Part shown: in pieces, positions 1 through 10,144 of the stretch | How the letters are laid out: each line of letters opens with the position of its first letter | Position numbering within the stretch: position 1 is the first letter of the stretch | NCBI GenBank assembly: GCA_963783575.1 | Contig: CAWAOD010000009.1 | Span: 679,191 to 743,190, forward strand | DNA from: an uncultured Spirochaetota bacterium | Lineage (GTDB): Bacteria; Spirochaetota; Brevinematia; Brevinematales; JAOACQ01 | Length of the DNA stretch: 64,000 nucleotides | Reading direction: 5' to 3' | The notes under the pieces: model-generated | Database searches by the model: none | Told to the model about the DNA's origin: nothing | What the model saw: only the letters and a program-made list of their open reading frames with translations | Program-made: the position numbers and the translations under genes

Positions 1-413
1 AAAGCAGCTCCCATGATAAAAGAGGAAAAAAATGAAGTTTTTCGAAAATCTGTTTTAATTTTCGCCTCATAATTCAAAAATCTCAGGGTAAAAATTCCCA
101 TTGTGTGCAGGCCGAAAACTATAATAATAAGGCCTGCAACCCTGTCGAACCATATTTTATATTTCCCGAGAGACTGGACAAAAAAATAAAACAATGCCGC
201 AAACAGAGAGAAAATCACCGCGAAGCCAATTACAAAAAAAAGCGAATAAACAAAAATTTTAAAATAAGGTTTATAATGAGAGTCCGGCATTTCGTTTTTC
301 AATTCGCTCACGGATAACCCCGATGCGTAAGCTATATACATTGGTATCATAGGCAGTACGCAGGGTGAGATGAATGTAATGATCCCACCTAGAAATGCTA
401 TCAGATAATTCAT
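1..413 (-). CDS. ccdA: Cytochrome c biogenesis / thiol:disulfide transporter CcdA (5' part; runs off window start)
   Basis: Not in ORF track; manual translation from ATG at 413: MNYLIAFLGGIITFISPCVLPMIPMY...FSSFIMGAAF, with the SPCVLP motif and hydrophobic helices. Confidence 0.85.
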   Translation of the reverse strand, partial: MNYLIAFLGGIITFISPCVLPMIPMYIAYASGLSVSELKNEMPDSHYKPYFKIFVYSLFFVIGFAVIFSLFAALFYFFVQSLGKYKIWFDRVAGLIIIVFGLHTMGIFTLRFLNYEAKIKTDFRKTSFFSSFIMGAA

Positions 414-416
414 TGG

Positions 417-803
417 CTACTTCTTATACATAAGTTCATAACTTTTCTTGATTCCCTGATATTTGGAAATAATTGCATGAAGGTTTTTAATCCTTCGTGT
501 AAGCATACTGATCATTCCGTAAGCAAACTGAGGATTTTGCTTAATCTGTTCAAGAATGGTCTGCTTATTGAAAACCTGGACTTCGGTATCTTCAATTGCC
601 TCAATTGTTGCAGTTCTTGGTTCATTTAGAAACATACTCATTTCGCCGATAAAATCCCCTTTTTCAAAAGTCGCCAGTTCAACCGATTCGGAGTTGATAG
701 TTTTATAAACCCTGACTTTACCTGAAATGATGAAAAAGATATCGGTTCCTTCTGATCCCTCGGCAAACAATATCTCATTTTTTAAAACTTTTTTTGTAAC
801 CAT
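417..803 (-). CDS. Stand-alone cyclic nucleotide-binding domain protein
   Basis: LFAEG, GKVRV, FIGEMSMF...PRTAT cNMP-binding motifs; no HTH. Confidence 0.85.
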   Translation of the reverse strand: MVTKKVLKNEILFAEGSEGTDIFFIISGKVRVYKTINSESVELATFEKGDFIGEMSMFLNEPRTATIEAIEDTEVQVFNKQTILEQIKQNPQFAYGMISMLTRRIKNLHAIISKYQGIKKSYELMYKK

Positions 804-813
804 TAAGGACTCC

Positions 814-1485
814 TTAATATATTTGTTTATTATTTATTTCTATTTTCCCTTCAATAATCGCAATTGATCTGGATGTCCCTATCCTTGTTGCTCCGGCTTC
901 TATCATTTTTATTGCAGTCTCATAATCGCCAATGCCGCCGCTTGCCTTTATACCAATCTGCCCTCCGGCAATCGACTTAAACAGCCTGATATCCTCAACT
1001 GCGGCGCCTGCTGAGCTGAAACCTGTTGATGTTTTAATAAAATCGGCCCCGCTATCCATTACGATCCTGCATACAGTTTCTTTTTCCTCATCACTGAGCA
1101 GGCATGTTTCAACAATGACCTTTAGTATGTGTTCCCCACATGATTTTTTTAACCGGCTAATCTCACCGGAGACATAGTTTGTGTCCCCGTCTTTAATCTT
1201 CCCTATTGAAATTACCATATCCACTTCATCTGCCCCATCGTTAAGTGCTTTTTCAGCCTCAAAGACTTTTATTTCCATGGTATTGGCGCCGAGAGGAAAG
1301 CCTGCCACAGCCACAATACTTACACTTGTATTTTTTAGAAAAGCTGCGGCGTTTTTAATCCGGCATGGATTGATGCAAACGGCAAAAAACTTATATTTAA
1401 CCGCTTCGGTGCAGATCCTCTCAATATCTTTAATACCTGCATCCGGTTTTAATATCGTATGATCAATATAACTTTCTATATTCAT
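814..1485 (-). CDS. deoC: Deoxyribose-phosphate aldolase
   Basis: IDHTILKP, GFPLG, KVIVET, FIKTSTGF, IKASGGI, RIGTS motifs. Confidence 0.97.
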   Translation of the reverse strand: MNIESYIDHTILKPDAGIKDIERICTEAVKYKFFAVCINPCRIKNAAAFLKNTSVSIVAVAGFPLGANTMEIKVFEAEKALNDGADEVDMVISIGKIKDGDTNYVSGEISRLKKSCGEHILKVIVETCLLSDEEKETVCRIVMDSGADFIKTSTGFSSAGAAVEDIRLFKSIAGGQIGIKASGGIGDYETAIKMIEAGATRIGTSRSIAIIEGKIEINNKQIY

Positions 1486-1502
1486 TTAATTCTCCTTTTT
1501 AA

Positions 1503-1518
1503 CAAGCGTGCCGCTTGA
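1503..1518. repeat. REP-like hairpin repeat copy 1 (CAAGCGTGCCGCTTGA)
   Basis: Identical 16-mer at 28103 and 61636; 6-bp stem CAAGCG/CGCTTG. Confidence 0.75.
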
Positions 1519-1850
1519 TCCAATTTTACTTGATTCATTTTCTATTTCCCTGTATTTTCATTCAAAAATATAACAGATTTGAAAACAACTTTTAGATATT
1601 ATAACTCCGGTACAATTGATTTGCTTTTTTAATTTACTTTTATTAATATGTTTTCTGTTTAAATAATTACAAACAAAAATAGCTCAATTTATACAAGATA
1701 TTGAAAGGATAAAAAACTAATTGTATTATTATATATGTTTCTCCTGATATAGACAAGATTAATAAGATTTTACATATAATGTCAAAGTATTCACAAATTG
1801 TTGAGTATTGACAATTATTCCATTAATCAAAATTTTATATCGAGGTAAAA

Positions 1851-2585
1851 ATGAGCTTAACATTATTTGAAGTATACCTGACTTTGAAAAATGAATTCGG
1901 TTTACAAAATTGGTGGCCTGTAATAAGAAACGGCCGCTGTGTATATCTTGAAGAATTTACACAGAGAGAAAGGTCCCCGGAAGAGAAGCTCGAGATAATA
2001 ATAGGGGCAATACTCACCCAGAATACATCATGGAACAATGCAGTAAAGGCTATCTGTAATATAAAAAAGAAAAATTACTTAAGTATAGAATTTTTAAATA
2101 AAATTGATTGTGAAAAACTTGCCGGATTAATAAAAACTTCGGGATATTATAATCAAAAGGCAAAAAAAATAAAGGCTTTTATGAAATTTATAAATTTTTA
2201 TGGAGATGACATAAATGTGCTTGATAAATATCCGGTTGAAGCGGCAAGAAGGTTATTATTGGATATATGGGGCATCGGGTTTGAAACCGCAGATTCCATA
2301 TTACTCTATGCTTACAGAAAATTAGTCTTTGTTGCCGACGCATACGCAGGAAGAATTTTCTCAAGACTGGGTTTTTTTGATAATAATTCGGGTTATGAAA
2401 TAATAAGGAAATTTTTTCAGAAGTCATTACCCGAAGAAACCCTTGTTTACCAGGAATTTCATGCTTTGATTGTTGAAATGGGAAAATCAATTTGCAGAAA
2501 AAAACCTTTATGTGAAATTTGCCGGTTTATAAATAGTTGCAGATTTGCAAAAGAAAACACTAATTACGCACAGGTTTGCACTTAG
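1851..2585 (+). CDS. Endonuclease III-like HhH-GPD DNA glycosylase with [4Fe-4S] motif
   Basis: GAILTQNTSW, HhH GIGFETAD, C-terminal CRKKPLCEICRFINSC (CX6CX2CX5C). Confidence 0.9.
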   Translation: MSLTLFEVYLTLKNEFGLQNWWPVIRNGRCVYLEEFTQRERSPEEKLEIIIGAILTQNTSWNNAVKAICNIKKKNYLSIEFLNKIDCEKLAGLIKTSGYYNQKAKKIKAFMKFINFYGDDINVLDKYPVEAARRLLLDIWGIGFETADSILLYAYRKLVFVADAYAGRIFSRLGFFDNNSGYEIIRKFFQKSLPEETLVYQEFHALIVEMGKSICRKKPLCEICRFINSCRFAKENTNYAQVCT

Positions 2586-2680
2586 TTTTGCACAGATTCT
2601 ACACAAAAGAAATGCTGGTTATTCTGCACTAAATAATAAAGTTCAAAAATAGTTTTATTTGAGAAGTTTAAATTACAGTA

Positions 2681-2697
2681 TTGGTATAAATATTGCA
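2681..2697 (+). promoter_or_regulatory. Putative sigma-54 (-24/-12) promoter
   Basis: TTGGTATAAATATTGCA: GG-N10-GC spacing, 44 bp before ATG of the LRR gene. Confidence 0.5.
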
Positions 2698-2741
2698 CTT
2701 AAAATATTTGATCTTTATTTTAAGAAGGGAAAATAGAGAAT

Positions 2742-3944
2742 ATGAGAAAAATTGTTATTTGTCTTATTATATCTTTCCTTATCAATTTGCCGGCATTCGA
2801 TATCTTTTCAATAAGTTTTGATACCAGGGAAATAATTGATTCTTATGCGTTTCCACCTGCCGATAAACACAATCCTGAAGTAATGAGAAACATCAGCCTG
2901 ACATTAAGCGCCTATTCGGGCTATTGTAATAGTTTTAATATTAGAACAGTTGATAATTTTGAGAAACAGATAAAAGATGGAAAGACAAAAATATATTTGA
3001 ACGGCGAAAAACTCACTTATAAAGAAACTCAAGCGATCGCTTTCGCTTTAAAAATAAATAGAACTGTAACATACATTGCGATGAATGATAATTTTCTCGG
3101 AGATGCGGGTGCCCTAAGCCTTGCAAATATGATCCTGGAAAACAATACCTTGAAAACAATAGAGCTGAACAATTGCTGCATCGGGGAAGCAGGAATAAAA
3201 TCATTATTATCCATTCAAATGACAAAAAAAATATCGGATATAAAAATCATCAATCTAAGTCCGGTCGATGATGACAAACTAAATTTATATTTATATCTAA
3301 ACACCTGCTATAAGTATCAAGTTTATCCTCAGGAAAGATATATTATATATTTCGAAACTGATAAAAACGCAATTGTAATACCGTACATCATCGATCAAAA
3401 TATTAAATTGACGGAAGGACCGGTAAAAATTAATGCCGATTTACTTACAAATTATGATTTGACAGAGGAATTAAAAGTTTTATCGGGTGTATTGAATTAT
3501 TCTAAATCTATCAAATACTGTTTTTTATCGGGTTTGAATTTAACAAATACTGTCACAGGGGATTTACTTAACATTATTTTAAATAATGAAAATATAATTA
3601 ATATAACTATCAAAAAATGCTGTTTTGATGACGCCAATGCCGGCATATTTTTCGCTGCATTGGGAAAGGATGATCATGTTGAATCATTGGCAATGCAAAA
3701 CTGTGTTTTTTCTGATTTTATTATGAACAAATTGGTAAATATGCTGAAGATTAATCAATCTATAAAAAATTTCAGTTTTACTGATAATACAAATTCTACT
3801 GAATCTTCTCTGGATTTGATTAAAGCTCTTTGTTTTAAAAATGAAACAATTAATTATCTTGTATTGAAAGGGATGGTCGTTTCTGATGATATATATCTTC
3901 CTATATTAAAAAATAAATTCCCGGGCAGAAAATTAACACAATAA
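2742..3944 (+). CDS. Exported ribonuclease-inhibitor-type leucine-rich repeat protein
   Basis: Signal-peptide-like N-terminus; RI-like repeats (NDNFLGDAGALSLANMILENNTLKTIELNNCCIGEAG) in two blocks. Confidence 0.7.
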   Translation: MRKIVICLIISFLINLPAFDIFSISFDTREIIDSYAFPPADKHNPEVMRNISLTLSAYSGYCNSFNIRTVDNFEKQIKDGKTKIYLNGEKLTYKETQAIAFALKINRTVTYIAMNDNFLGDAGALSLANMILENNTLKTIELNNCCIGEAGIKSLLSIQMTKKISDIKIINLSPVDDDKLNLYLYLNTCYKYQVYPQERYIIYFETDKNAIVIPYIIDQNIKLTEGPVKINADLLTNYDLTEELKVLSGVLNYSKSIKYCFLSGLNLTNTVTGDLLNIILNNENIINITIKKCCFDDANAGIFFAALGKDDHVESLAMQNCVFSDFIMNKLVNMLKINQSIKNFSFTDNTNSTESSLDLIKALCFKNETINYLVLKGMVVSDDIYLPILKNKFPGRKLTQ

Positions 3945-4076
3945 AAATATTGCATCCTTTTATGTTATCCCGGCTTATTATATTAAGGTATATCTTCTTT
4001 ATTTCATGAAGGGTTTATTGATTAATAATCAGTTTGATGATAAAATTTTCTAAGATGTTTTATCCGGGGATCGAGT

Positions 4077-4952
4077 ATGCAGTGCAAGCTATGTCTGAGC
4101 GATAATTTGAGAAAAAAGTTTACAATAAAGAATTTTGATGTTAATTTTGATATTATGGAATGCATGGAATGCGGCTTTCAATTCCGGGATATTTCAGAAA
4201 ATGAAGCCTATGATTTTTATAACGAAGGTTATTACAATGGAAGCGCTTCTTTTTCATATATTGATGAGAGAAAAATCGAAGAAGCGTCCAGGAATATCTG
4301 GAAAAAAAGAATTGCAATATTAAAATCTAAGGATAAAAGCCGTGATAAAGTAAAAAATTTTCTGGATATCGGCTGTTCATTCGGAGGATTGCTGCAGACG
4401 GCTGGCGAAGCCGGATATGTGCCATATGGTATGGAAATTTCGAAATATTCGGGAAAATACGCTCAGGAACGTTTCGGAAGCGGCAGTGTCTGGATCGGCA
4501 ACATCGAAAACCTGGAACTGCCCGGAAGCTTTTTTTCAATAGTGACAATGATTGAAGTAATAGAACACCTTTATTCGCCGGTAAAAGCGCTGAATAATAT
4601 TTATAAAACCATGAAAAAAGGCGGGGTACTTTTAATACAAACTGCAGATATGGCAGGTCTTCAGGCTGTTCTGCAGGGAAATACTTACCATTACTATCTT
4701 CCCGGGCATCTTTCATATTTTACAAGGAAAAATCTTCGGAATACTTTGATTAAAACAGGTTTTAAGAAGATTAAAATTTACGGCGGGGTGGAGTTTGGAA
4801 TATTCCCGAAACTTTTAAAATCCAGTTCCAGCTTCAGGAAAACACTCGATTATTTAAAATGGGCAAGGATCATTTTTTATCATTATTTAAGTAAAATTAT
4901 TATTTTTGATATTCATTTGACAAGTTCTATGGTGGTCCTTGCCTGGAAATGA
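4077..4952 (+). CDS. Class I SAM-dependent methyltransferase with N-terminal CxxC...CxxC
   Basis: FLDIGCSFG motif I, EVIEHL; CKLC and CMEC pairs. Confidence 0.85.
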   Translation: MQCKLCLSDNLRKKFTIKNFDVNFDIMECMECGFQFRDISENEAYDFYNEGYYNGSASFSYIDERKIEEASRNIWKKRIAILKSKDKSRDKVKNFLDIGCSFGGLLQTAGEAGYVPYGMEISKYSGKYAQERFGSGSVWIGNIENLELPGSFFSIVTMIEVIEHLYSPVKALNNIYKTMKKGGVLLIQTADMAGLQAVLQGNTYHYYLPGHLSYFTRKNLRNTLIKTGFKKIKIYGGVEFGIFPKLLKSSSSFRKTLDYLKWARIIFYHYLSKIIIFDIHLTSSMVVLAWK

Positions 4953-4977
4953 TTTTTCAAAGGATTAAGGCGAATTT

Positions 4978-5844
4978 ATGGAAACAGTAAAAAAAATAAC
5001 TATGTTCTTTTTTATTTCTCTCATCTTTCATTTTTATCTGATACTTGCTTTGCTTTATACCGTTGATAAAAGAGCTCTCGATCAATTTTTCAATTTTTTT
5101 AAAAACCATAAGACACAAACGGCGGAACAAAAAGCTGATAAAAATATTGAACCCGTTCTTGAAGATGTTATCGTTGAAACGATGACATCCTCGGAAAAAA
5201 CCCCTGAGAAAGGGAAAATATCTGATAAACCCAATCTAAACAGCGGTGTGAAAGGAAACAGCGATAACTATAATTATATTAATTTCAGTCCTGGAAATAA
5301 ACAGATTCAAATTAATCCCGTTAATATTCCTGAAAATAAAACAGCGGTACCGGATACAAAACAGGGGCAGCCTGTACAGGAAGATAAAAACCCTGTAGCA
5401 GGAGTCCAGCCGGAAAAAAATACATTAAATTCAAACCGCGGTGGTGATGATTATCATACTTCATTTTTTGATGTGTATAAACCGGTTGATATAACTATGA
5501 ATAATCAGGGTGACTTGTCGCTTGCCACAATACCTACAAAGTATGCCGATTATTTTCTAGCCGTACAAAAAAAAATAGCTGATAAGTGGGGGACATTCTT
5601 TCCGGTATTTCAATATTATCAGGGCATAATAAAAAGCGGAAACGTAATAATCCATTTCAATATCGAAACTAACGGAGATATAAGCGGGGCGGCCGTGATA
5701 AAATCTTACGGTTACAGCATAATTGACGAATCCTGCCTCAATGCAGTTATTTACTCAAAGAATTTCGGCCCTCTCCCGGATGAATTAAAAGCTAAAAGTC
5801 CGGTATCAATAGATTTTAATTTTCAATATTTATCCAGACAGTAA
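4978..5844 (+). CDS. TonB/TolA-family protein
   Basis: N-terminal TM with SxxxH (SLIFH), Pro/Gln-rich linker, C-terminal F-I-xxxG...SYG..IDESCLNAV...FGPLP TonB_C-like domain. Confidence 0.75.
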   Translation: METVKKITMFFFISLIFHFYLILALLYTVDKRALDQFFNFFKNHKTQTAEQKADKNIEPVLEDVIVETMTSSEKTPEKGKISDKPNLNSGVKGNSDNYNYINFSPGNKQIQINPVNIPENKTAVPDTKQGQPVQEDKNPVAGVQPEKNTLNSNRGGDDYHTSFFDVYKPVDITMNNQGDLSLATIPTKYADYFLAVQKKIADKWGTFFPVFQYYQGIIKSGNVIIHFNIETNGDISGAAVIKSYGYSIIDESCLNAVIYSKNFGPLPDELKAKSPVSIDFNFQYLSRQ

Positions 5845-5889
5845 TATCAATATAGTGATATCTATAGAAAATAATTTATTTTTAGCGGA

Positions 5890-5922
5890 AAAAAGAGCGG
5901 GACATAAAATCCCGCTCTTTTT
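5890..5922. terminator. Bidirectional intrinsic terminator
   Basis: AAAAA-GAGCGGGA-7nt-TCCCGCTC-TTTTT between convergent genes. Confidence 0.85.
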
Positions 5923-5956
5923 ATTGAATAAAATTTATTAATCGGCAGGCAGTCGA

Positions 5957-7357
5957 CTAGTAGCGGTAATGGTCGGCTTTGAACGGCCCTTCCTCTTTCA
6001 CGCCGATATAATCAGCCTGATTTTTTGAGAGTTTCGTCAGTTTGACACCGATTTTTTCAAGATGAAGTCTTGCGACTTCCTCATCGAGGTACTTCGGTAG
6101 GCGGTATACACCGATTTTATAACTGTCCCTGTTCTTCCAGAGGTCGATTTGAGCAAGAGTCTGGTTCGTAAATGAATTCGACATTACAAACGAGGGATGC
6201 CCGGTAGCACAGCCCAGATTGACAAGCCTTCCCTCGGCAAGGATATAGATTGTGTGTCCGTCGGGGAAGATATATTTATCATATTGCGGTTTGATATTTA
6301 TCTTTTTAATTCCTTTATAATTTTCCAGCTTATCCATCTGGATTTCATTATCAAAATGACCGATGTTACATACAATCGCTTCATCCTTCATCTTTTCCAT
6401 ATGACCGATTGTTATAATATCGCAGTTGCCCGTTGCCGTTACATAAATATCGCCGGTGCCAAGGGTATCTTCAACCGTTTTGATTTCATAACCTTCCATA
6501 GCGGCCTGAAGCGCGCAAATTGGGTCGATCTCTGTAATAATTACGCGGGCTCCCATGCCTTTCAGGGCTTTTGCGGAACCCTTTCCCACATCGCCATAAC
6601 CGCAGACCACGGCGACTTTTCCCGCAATCATAACGTCGGTCGCTCTTTTTATTCCATCAACCAATGATTCTCGGCAGCCATAAAGATTGTCGAATTTTGA
6701 TTTTGTTACAGAATCGTTGACATTGATTGCAGGAACCAATAATTCTCCTTTTTCCATCATCTGGTAGAGCCTGTGAACTCCTGTTGTTGTTTCCTCCGAA
6801 ACACCCTTCCAATCCTTAATAATTTTATGCCATCTCTGAGGATCTTCTTTCAGGATTGATTTCAATATTTTCTTAAGCTCATCCTCATCCTTTCCGCTGC
6901 TTTTTGAGTCAAGCACCAAGGCATTATTTTCGGCCTGGAAGCCCAGATGAATCATCAAAGTTGCGTCACCGCCGTCATCAACAATAAGCTGAGGACCTTT
7001 TCCTCCAGGATAATTTAAAGCCTGTTTCGTACACCACCAATATTCTTCCAGTGTTTCACCCTTCCAGGCAAAAACCGGAACCCCTGATTTTGCAATAGCA
7101 GAGGCGGCATGATCCTGTGTCGAGAAAATATTACAGCTGCACCAGCGAACTTCTGCTCCAAGCTTAACAAGGGTTTCTATCAATACGGCGGTTTGAATTG
7201 TCATATGCAGTGAGCCGCTGATTCTGACCCCGGAAAGCGGTTTTTCCTTTGAATATTTTTCGCGAATCGCCATTAATCCCGGCATTTCTTTTTCGGCAAT
7301 CTCAATCTCCTTCCTGCCCCATTCGGCAAGAGAGATGTCCTTCACTTTGTAATCCAT
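5957..7357 (-). CDS. ahcY: Adenosylhomocysteinase
   Basis: [42 protein letters not shown]; start at 7357 after GGAGGT. Confidence 0.98.
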   Translation of the reverse strand: MDYKVKDISLAEWGRKEIEIAEKEMPGLMAIREKYSKEKPLSGVRISGSLHMTIQTAVLIETLVKLGAEVRWCSCNIFSTQDHAASAIAKSGVPVFAWKGETLEEYWWCTKQALNYPGGKGPQLIVDDGGDATLMIHLGFQAENNALVLDSKSSGKDEDELKKILKSILKEDPQRWHKIIKDWKGVSEETTTGVHRLYQMMEKGELLVPAINVNDSVTKSKFDNLYGCRESLVDGIKRATDVMIAGKVAVVCGYGDVGKGSAKALKGMGARVIITEIDPICALQAAMEGYEIKTVEDTLGTGDIYVTATGNCDIITIGHMEKMKDEAIVCNIGHFDNEIQMDKLENYKGIKKINIKPQYDKYIFPDGHTIYILAEGRLVNLGCATGHPSFVMSNSFTNQTLAQIDLWKNRDSYKIGVYRLPKYLDEEVARLHLEKIGVKLTKLSKNQADYIGVKEEGPFKADHYRY

Positions 7358-7384
7358 ATATACCTCCATAAGCGTTCTGGATCA

Positions 7385-8310
7385 TTATTTAATTTTTGGC
7401 TGTGTTTTATCCTTAACTGCAAGGTAAAGAACAGCTTTTAACCCCTTTTTTAATTCATAAAATTCCGTTTTCTTAACCACAAAACCCACAGCATTAAGCC
7501 ATCCTTTCAATTCAACTTCTTCAAAACCAAGCCATCGGTCATTGTATTTTTTTCTTAATGTTTCATTATTATGCTTATCAAATTCGACTATAACGGCCTT
7601 TTTACCTTTTTTCAATATCCTGTAAGCCTCTGTAATTCCTTCAAAAGGAGAAGCCAGGTGATGGAGTGCCATATTGATCAATGCGAAATCCGCTTCTTCA
7701 TCCTTCAGCGGAAGATGTTCAAGTTCGCCGATTCTCAAATCAAAACCGTCATTTTTAGCAAACCTTTCTTTAGCCGATTTTAGCATATTGGGGGAATTAT
7801 CCACTCCGATTACTATATCTGCCTTTTTCTTCAATACCGGCAATAAATCACCGGTTCCGCAACCTAAATCAGATGCAATCCTGCACTTGTCCATAATTTC
7901 CAGGATCAATCTATTTAGGTCAAAATCTCCGAGAATATCTTTTTTCAGGAGTTCCCAGTCCTGTGCGACACTGTCAAAAAAGCGGCTCGTTTCTTCAAGG
8001 GTTTGTTTCCTCACTTCCTTTATTTTAGATAAATCCCTGGCAGTAATTTCATCATTTTTAATAAAAGGCCTGATAGCCTGAATAAAATCGAATCCTTCTC
8101 CTGTTTCAACTGTTTTATAAAAAACCCAAGCCCGTCCCTTCTGAATTTCAACAGATTGCAGTCTGTAAGAATTTTGAGATGCCTTGAAATACGGGATTGG
8201 CCCATGCTTAATACTGACATAATCTCATTAACATTGAGCTCATTATCAATCAGTAAATTTAAAACCCTTAATCTTGTTTCATCTGCAAGAGCTTTGAAAA
8301 AATTAATCAT
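7385..8310 (-). pseudogene. sahR: ArsR-HTH / SAM-binding methyltransferase fusion regulator (SahR-like), split by one frameshift near 8128
   Basis: ArsR HTH (FKALADETRLR...SRISRHLK) plus MTase domain (DLGCGTG); adding one base at ~8128 restores RDGLWVFYKTV...EVRKQTLEE, giving ~308 aa; directly upstream of ahcY. May be intact if the indel is an assembly error. Confidence 0.8.
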
Positions 8311-8320
8311 TTAATACATC

Positions 8321-8346
8321 ACTATATCAAGATATCTTGATATAGT
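8321..8346. promoter_or_regulatory. Perfect 26-bp palindrome, putative SahR operator
   Basis: ACTATATCAAGATATCTTGATATAGT is its own reverse complement; overlaps the -10 of the sahR-ahcY promoter. Confidence 0.8.
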
Positions 8347-8372
8347 TTAAATTACAAATTTATTTTTGTCAA
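8344..8372 (-). promoter_or_regulatory. Sigma-70 promoter of sahR-ahcY
   Basis: TTGACA-17 bp-TAAACT on minus strand. Confidence 0.75.
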
Positions 8373-8423
8373 TATATGAAATAAAATAAATAATAATTTA
8401 TGAATAATTTTTCCAATTACAGC

Positions 8424-9618
8424 CTATTTCAGCAATTTATAAACGGAGATATAAACTGTTCCTGAGTTATCAATAAATTTATTCCTTGTGTCAGCCGCTA
8501 TAAAAATTATTCTATCGCCTTTTGTTAAATTAAGATCAAGAGAATTATATAATTTTACGTTTTTTATCATTTCTTCCGCTTCCTTAATCGAATCCTGGAA
8601 TGAAGGGCTGCCGATATTGTAATTATATATTATAAGTCTTCCTTTGCTATCCCAGGTTATATCTCTGTTTACATAAATCATCAACGAGGTGGTATACCCT
8701 GAATAAGACAGACCAGCGCTTTTAGTTATACTGTAGGCTCCTCCTGTTATAACGAACCGGTATGTCCCGTCGGAATCCACCGTGAACCTGCTGCCTTCCT
8801 CATTAATTCCCATTACATTAATATTACTGACATAATATTGATTTATGACCATATTTGCAGTCTCGCCCGGGCCTAACTTCACCATATCGCTGAATGAATA
8901 TTTCCCGCCGCTTATATTTCTGATATTAACATTGTATTCCGTATCCGCCAGTATTTTCAGGCTGATTGAGAAATTGTCATTGGTTACTTTCGCGACCTGT
9001 TTGCCATTGATCGAAAGGTCTGCTTCCTGCCCCCCGAGTTTTGTATTGTTGAAATTAAGATAAGCAAGCTTCATTTCTTCATCCAGAACTGTTTTAACAA
9101 TCCGAGAGTCTCAAATTATCGATCGAATCAAAAATATCAACATCCGTCGGAATATTTGACTCATTTGTCAAAATTTCACCTGTAATTCTGCTCCAGATTT
9201 TCATACTTACTGCTGCATTCGGATTTTCTTTCATTCCATTAAGTTCATAATCTCCGAATATTATAAAATCACAATTGTAACGTTCCGAAATCTCTGCAAT
9301 ACTTTCTTCTCTTACCGAAATATCATTCAGAACCGTTTTGTCCGGTATATCTATTTTTGGGATGAGTGAAAAGAAGCTGTAGAATGAATTAAAAACTATT
9401 GTTCTAAATATTAATGGGTTTGGATATATCGAGCTGCTTTTTTTGTAATCGAAAGGAGCAATAATGATCCTGTGTGTTCCAACAGTTTTTTTTTCACCTG
9501 ATATTTCAATATAACCTGTATTTGTTACAATATTATCTTCTTTCACTGATTCTCTGGAACAGCGGGATGAGAGAATGAAAATAATAGCCAATACCGGTAT
9601 TATAAAAATAGACTTCAT
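8424..9618 (-). pseudogene. Exported hypothetical (probable lipo)protein, apparently one gene split by a +1 indel near 9111
   Basis: Removing one base at ~9111 joins ...DSIDNL to DSRIVKTVLDEEMKLAYL (~397 aa); N-terminal signal with Cys. Confidence 0.55.
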
Positions 9619-10144
9619 AATGACCTCCAGGTCAGATTATAATAAACATTATAATTAACAGGTACAGACTTGTCAACGGGTCAACTTTCAGATGAAACTT
9701 CCGGATAAAAAATATTTTTAATAACATAAAATTTATAAAATATTTATTTTCTTCTTATAATTACAGATATATCAATACAATAGGCTTGAAGAAAAATATA
9801 TTTATTATCTTTTTATTTGTATATATTATAAAGAAATACAAACCTAAATTGAAATAATAGTATTTTGATAATTTTGGATTTTTAAGAGGAAATAAAATAT
9901 AATAAGTATATTGGTAATTTATTTAATAAATTCTAAAGGTGTTTTTATGATCTGTTTTTTTAGCATGGTTCGATCATCAATCCTGCAATTCAATATTAAA
10001 AAATTAATCATAGAAATCTATTATTTAATGGCTCAATTCGAAAAATTCATCATATTATCAATTTTGAAAAAAATTAAATCACATATTTACATTTTGCTGC
10101 CCGGTTAAACAAATGTTTTTATAGGCGGATTGGGAGGGGAATCT

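Noticed and set aside
8100..8135. Programmed ribosomal frameshift in sahR
   Set aside because: A GGGTTTTTT run is present, but a single missing base restoring the typical LWVFY sequence and several other indels in the window favour error or mutation
9620..10140. NrdR boxes, an ncRNA or a small gene (9911-10108) upstream of nrdD
   Set aside because: Very AT-rich; no convincing NrdR consensus, stable structure or coding signal
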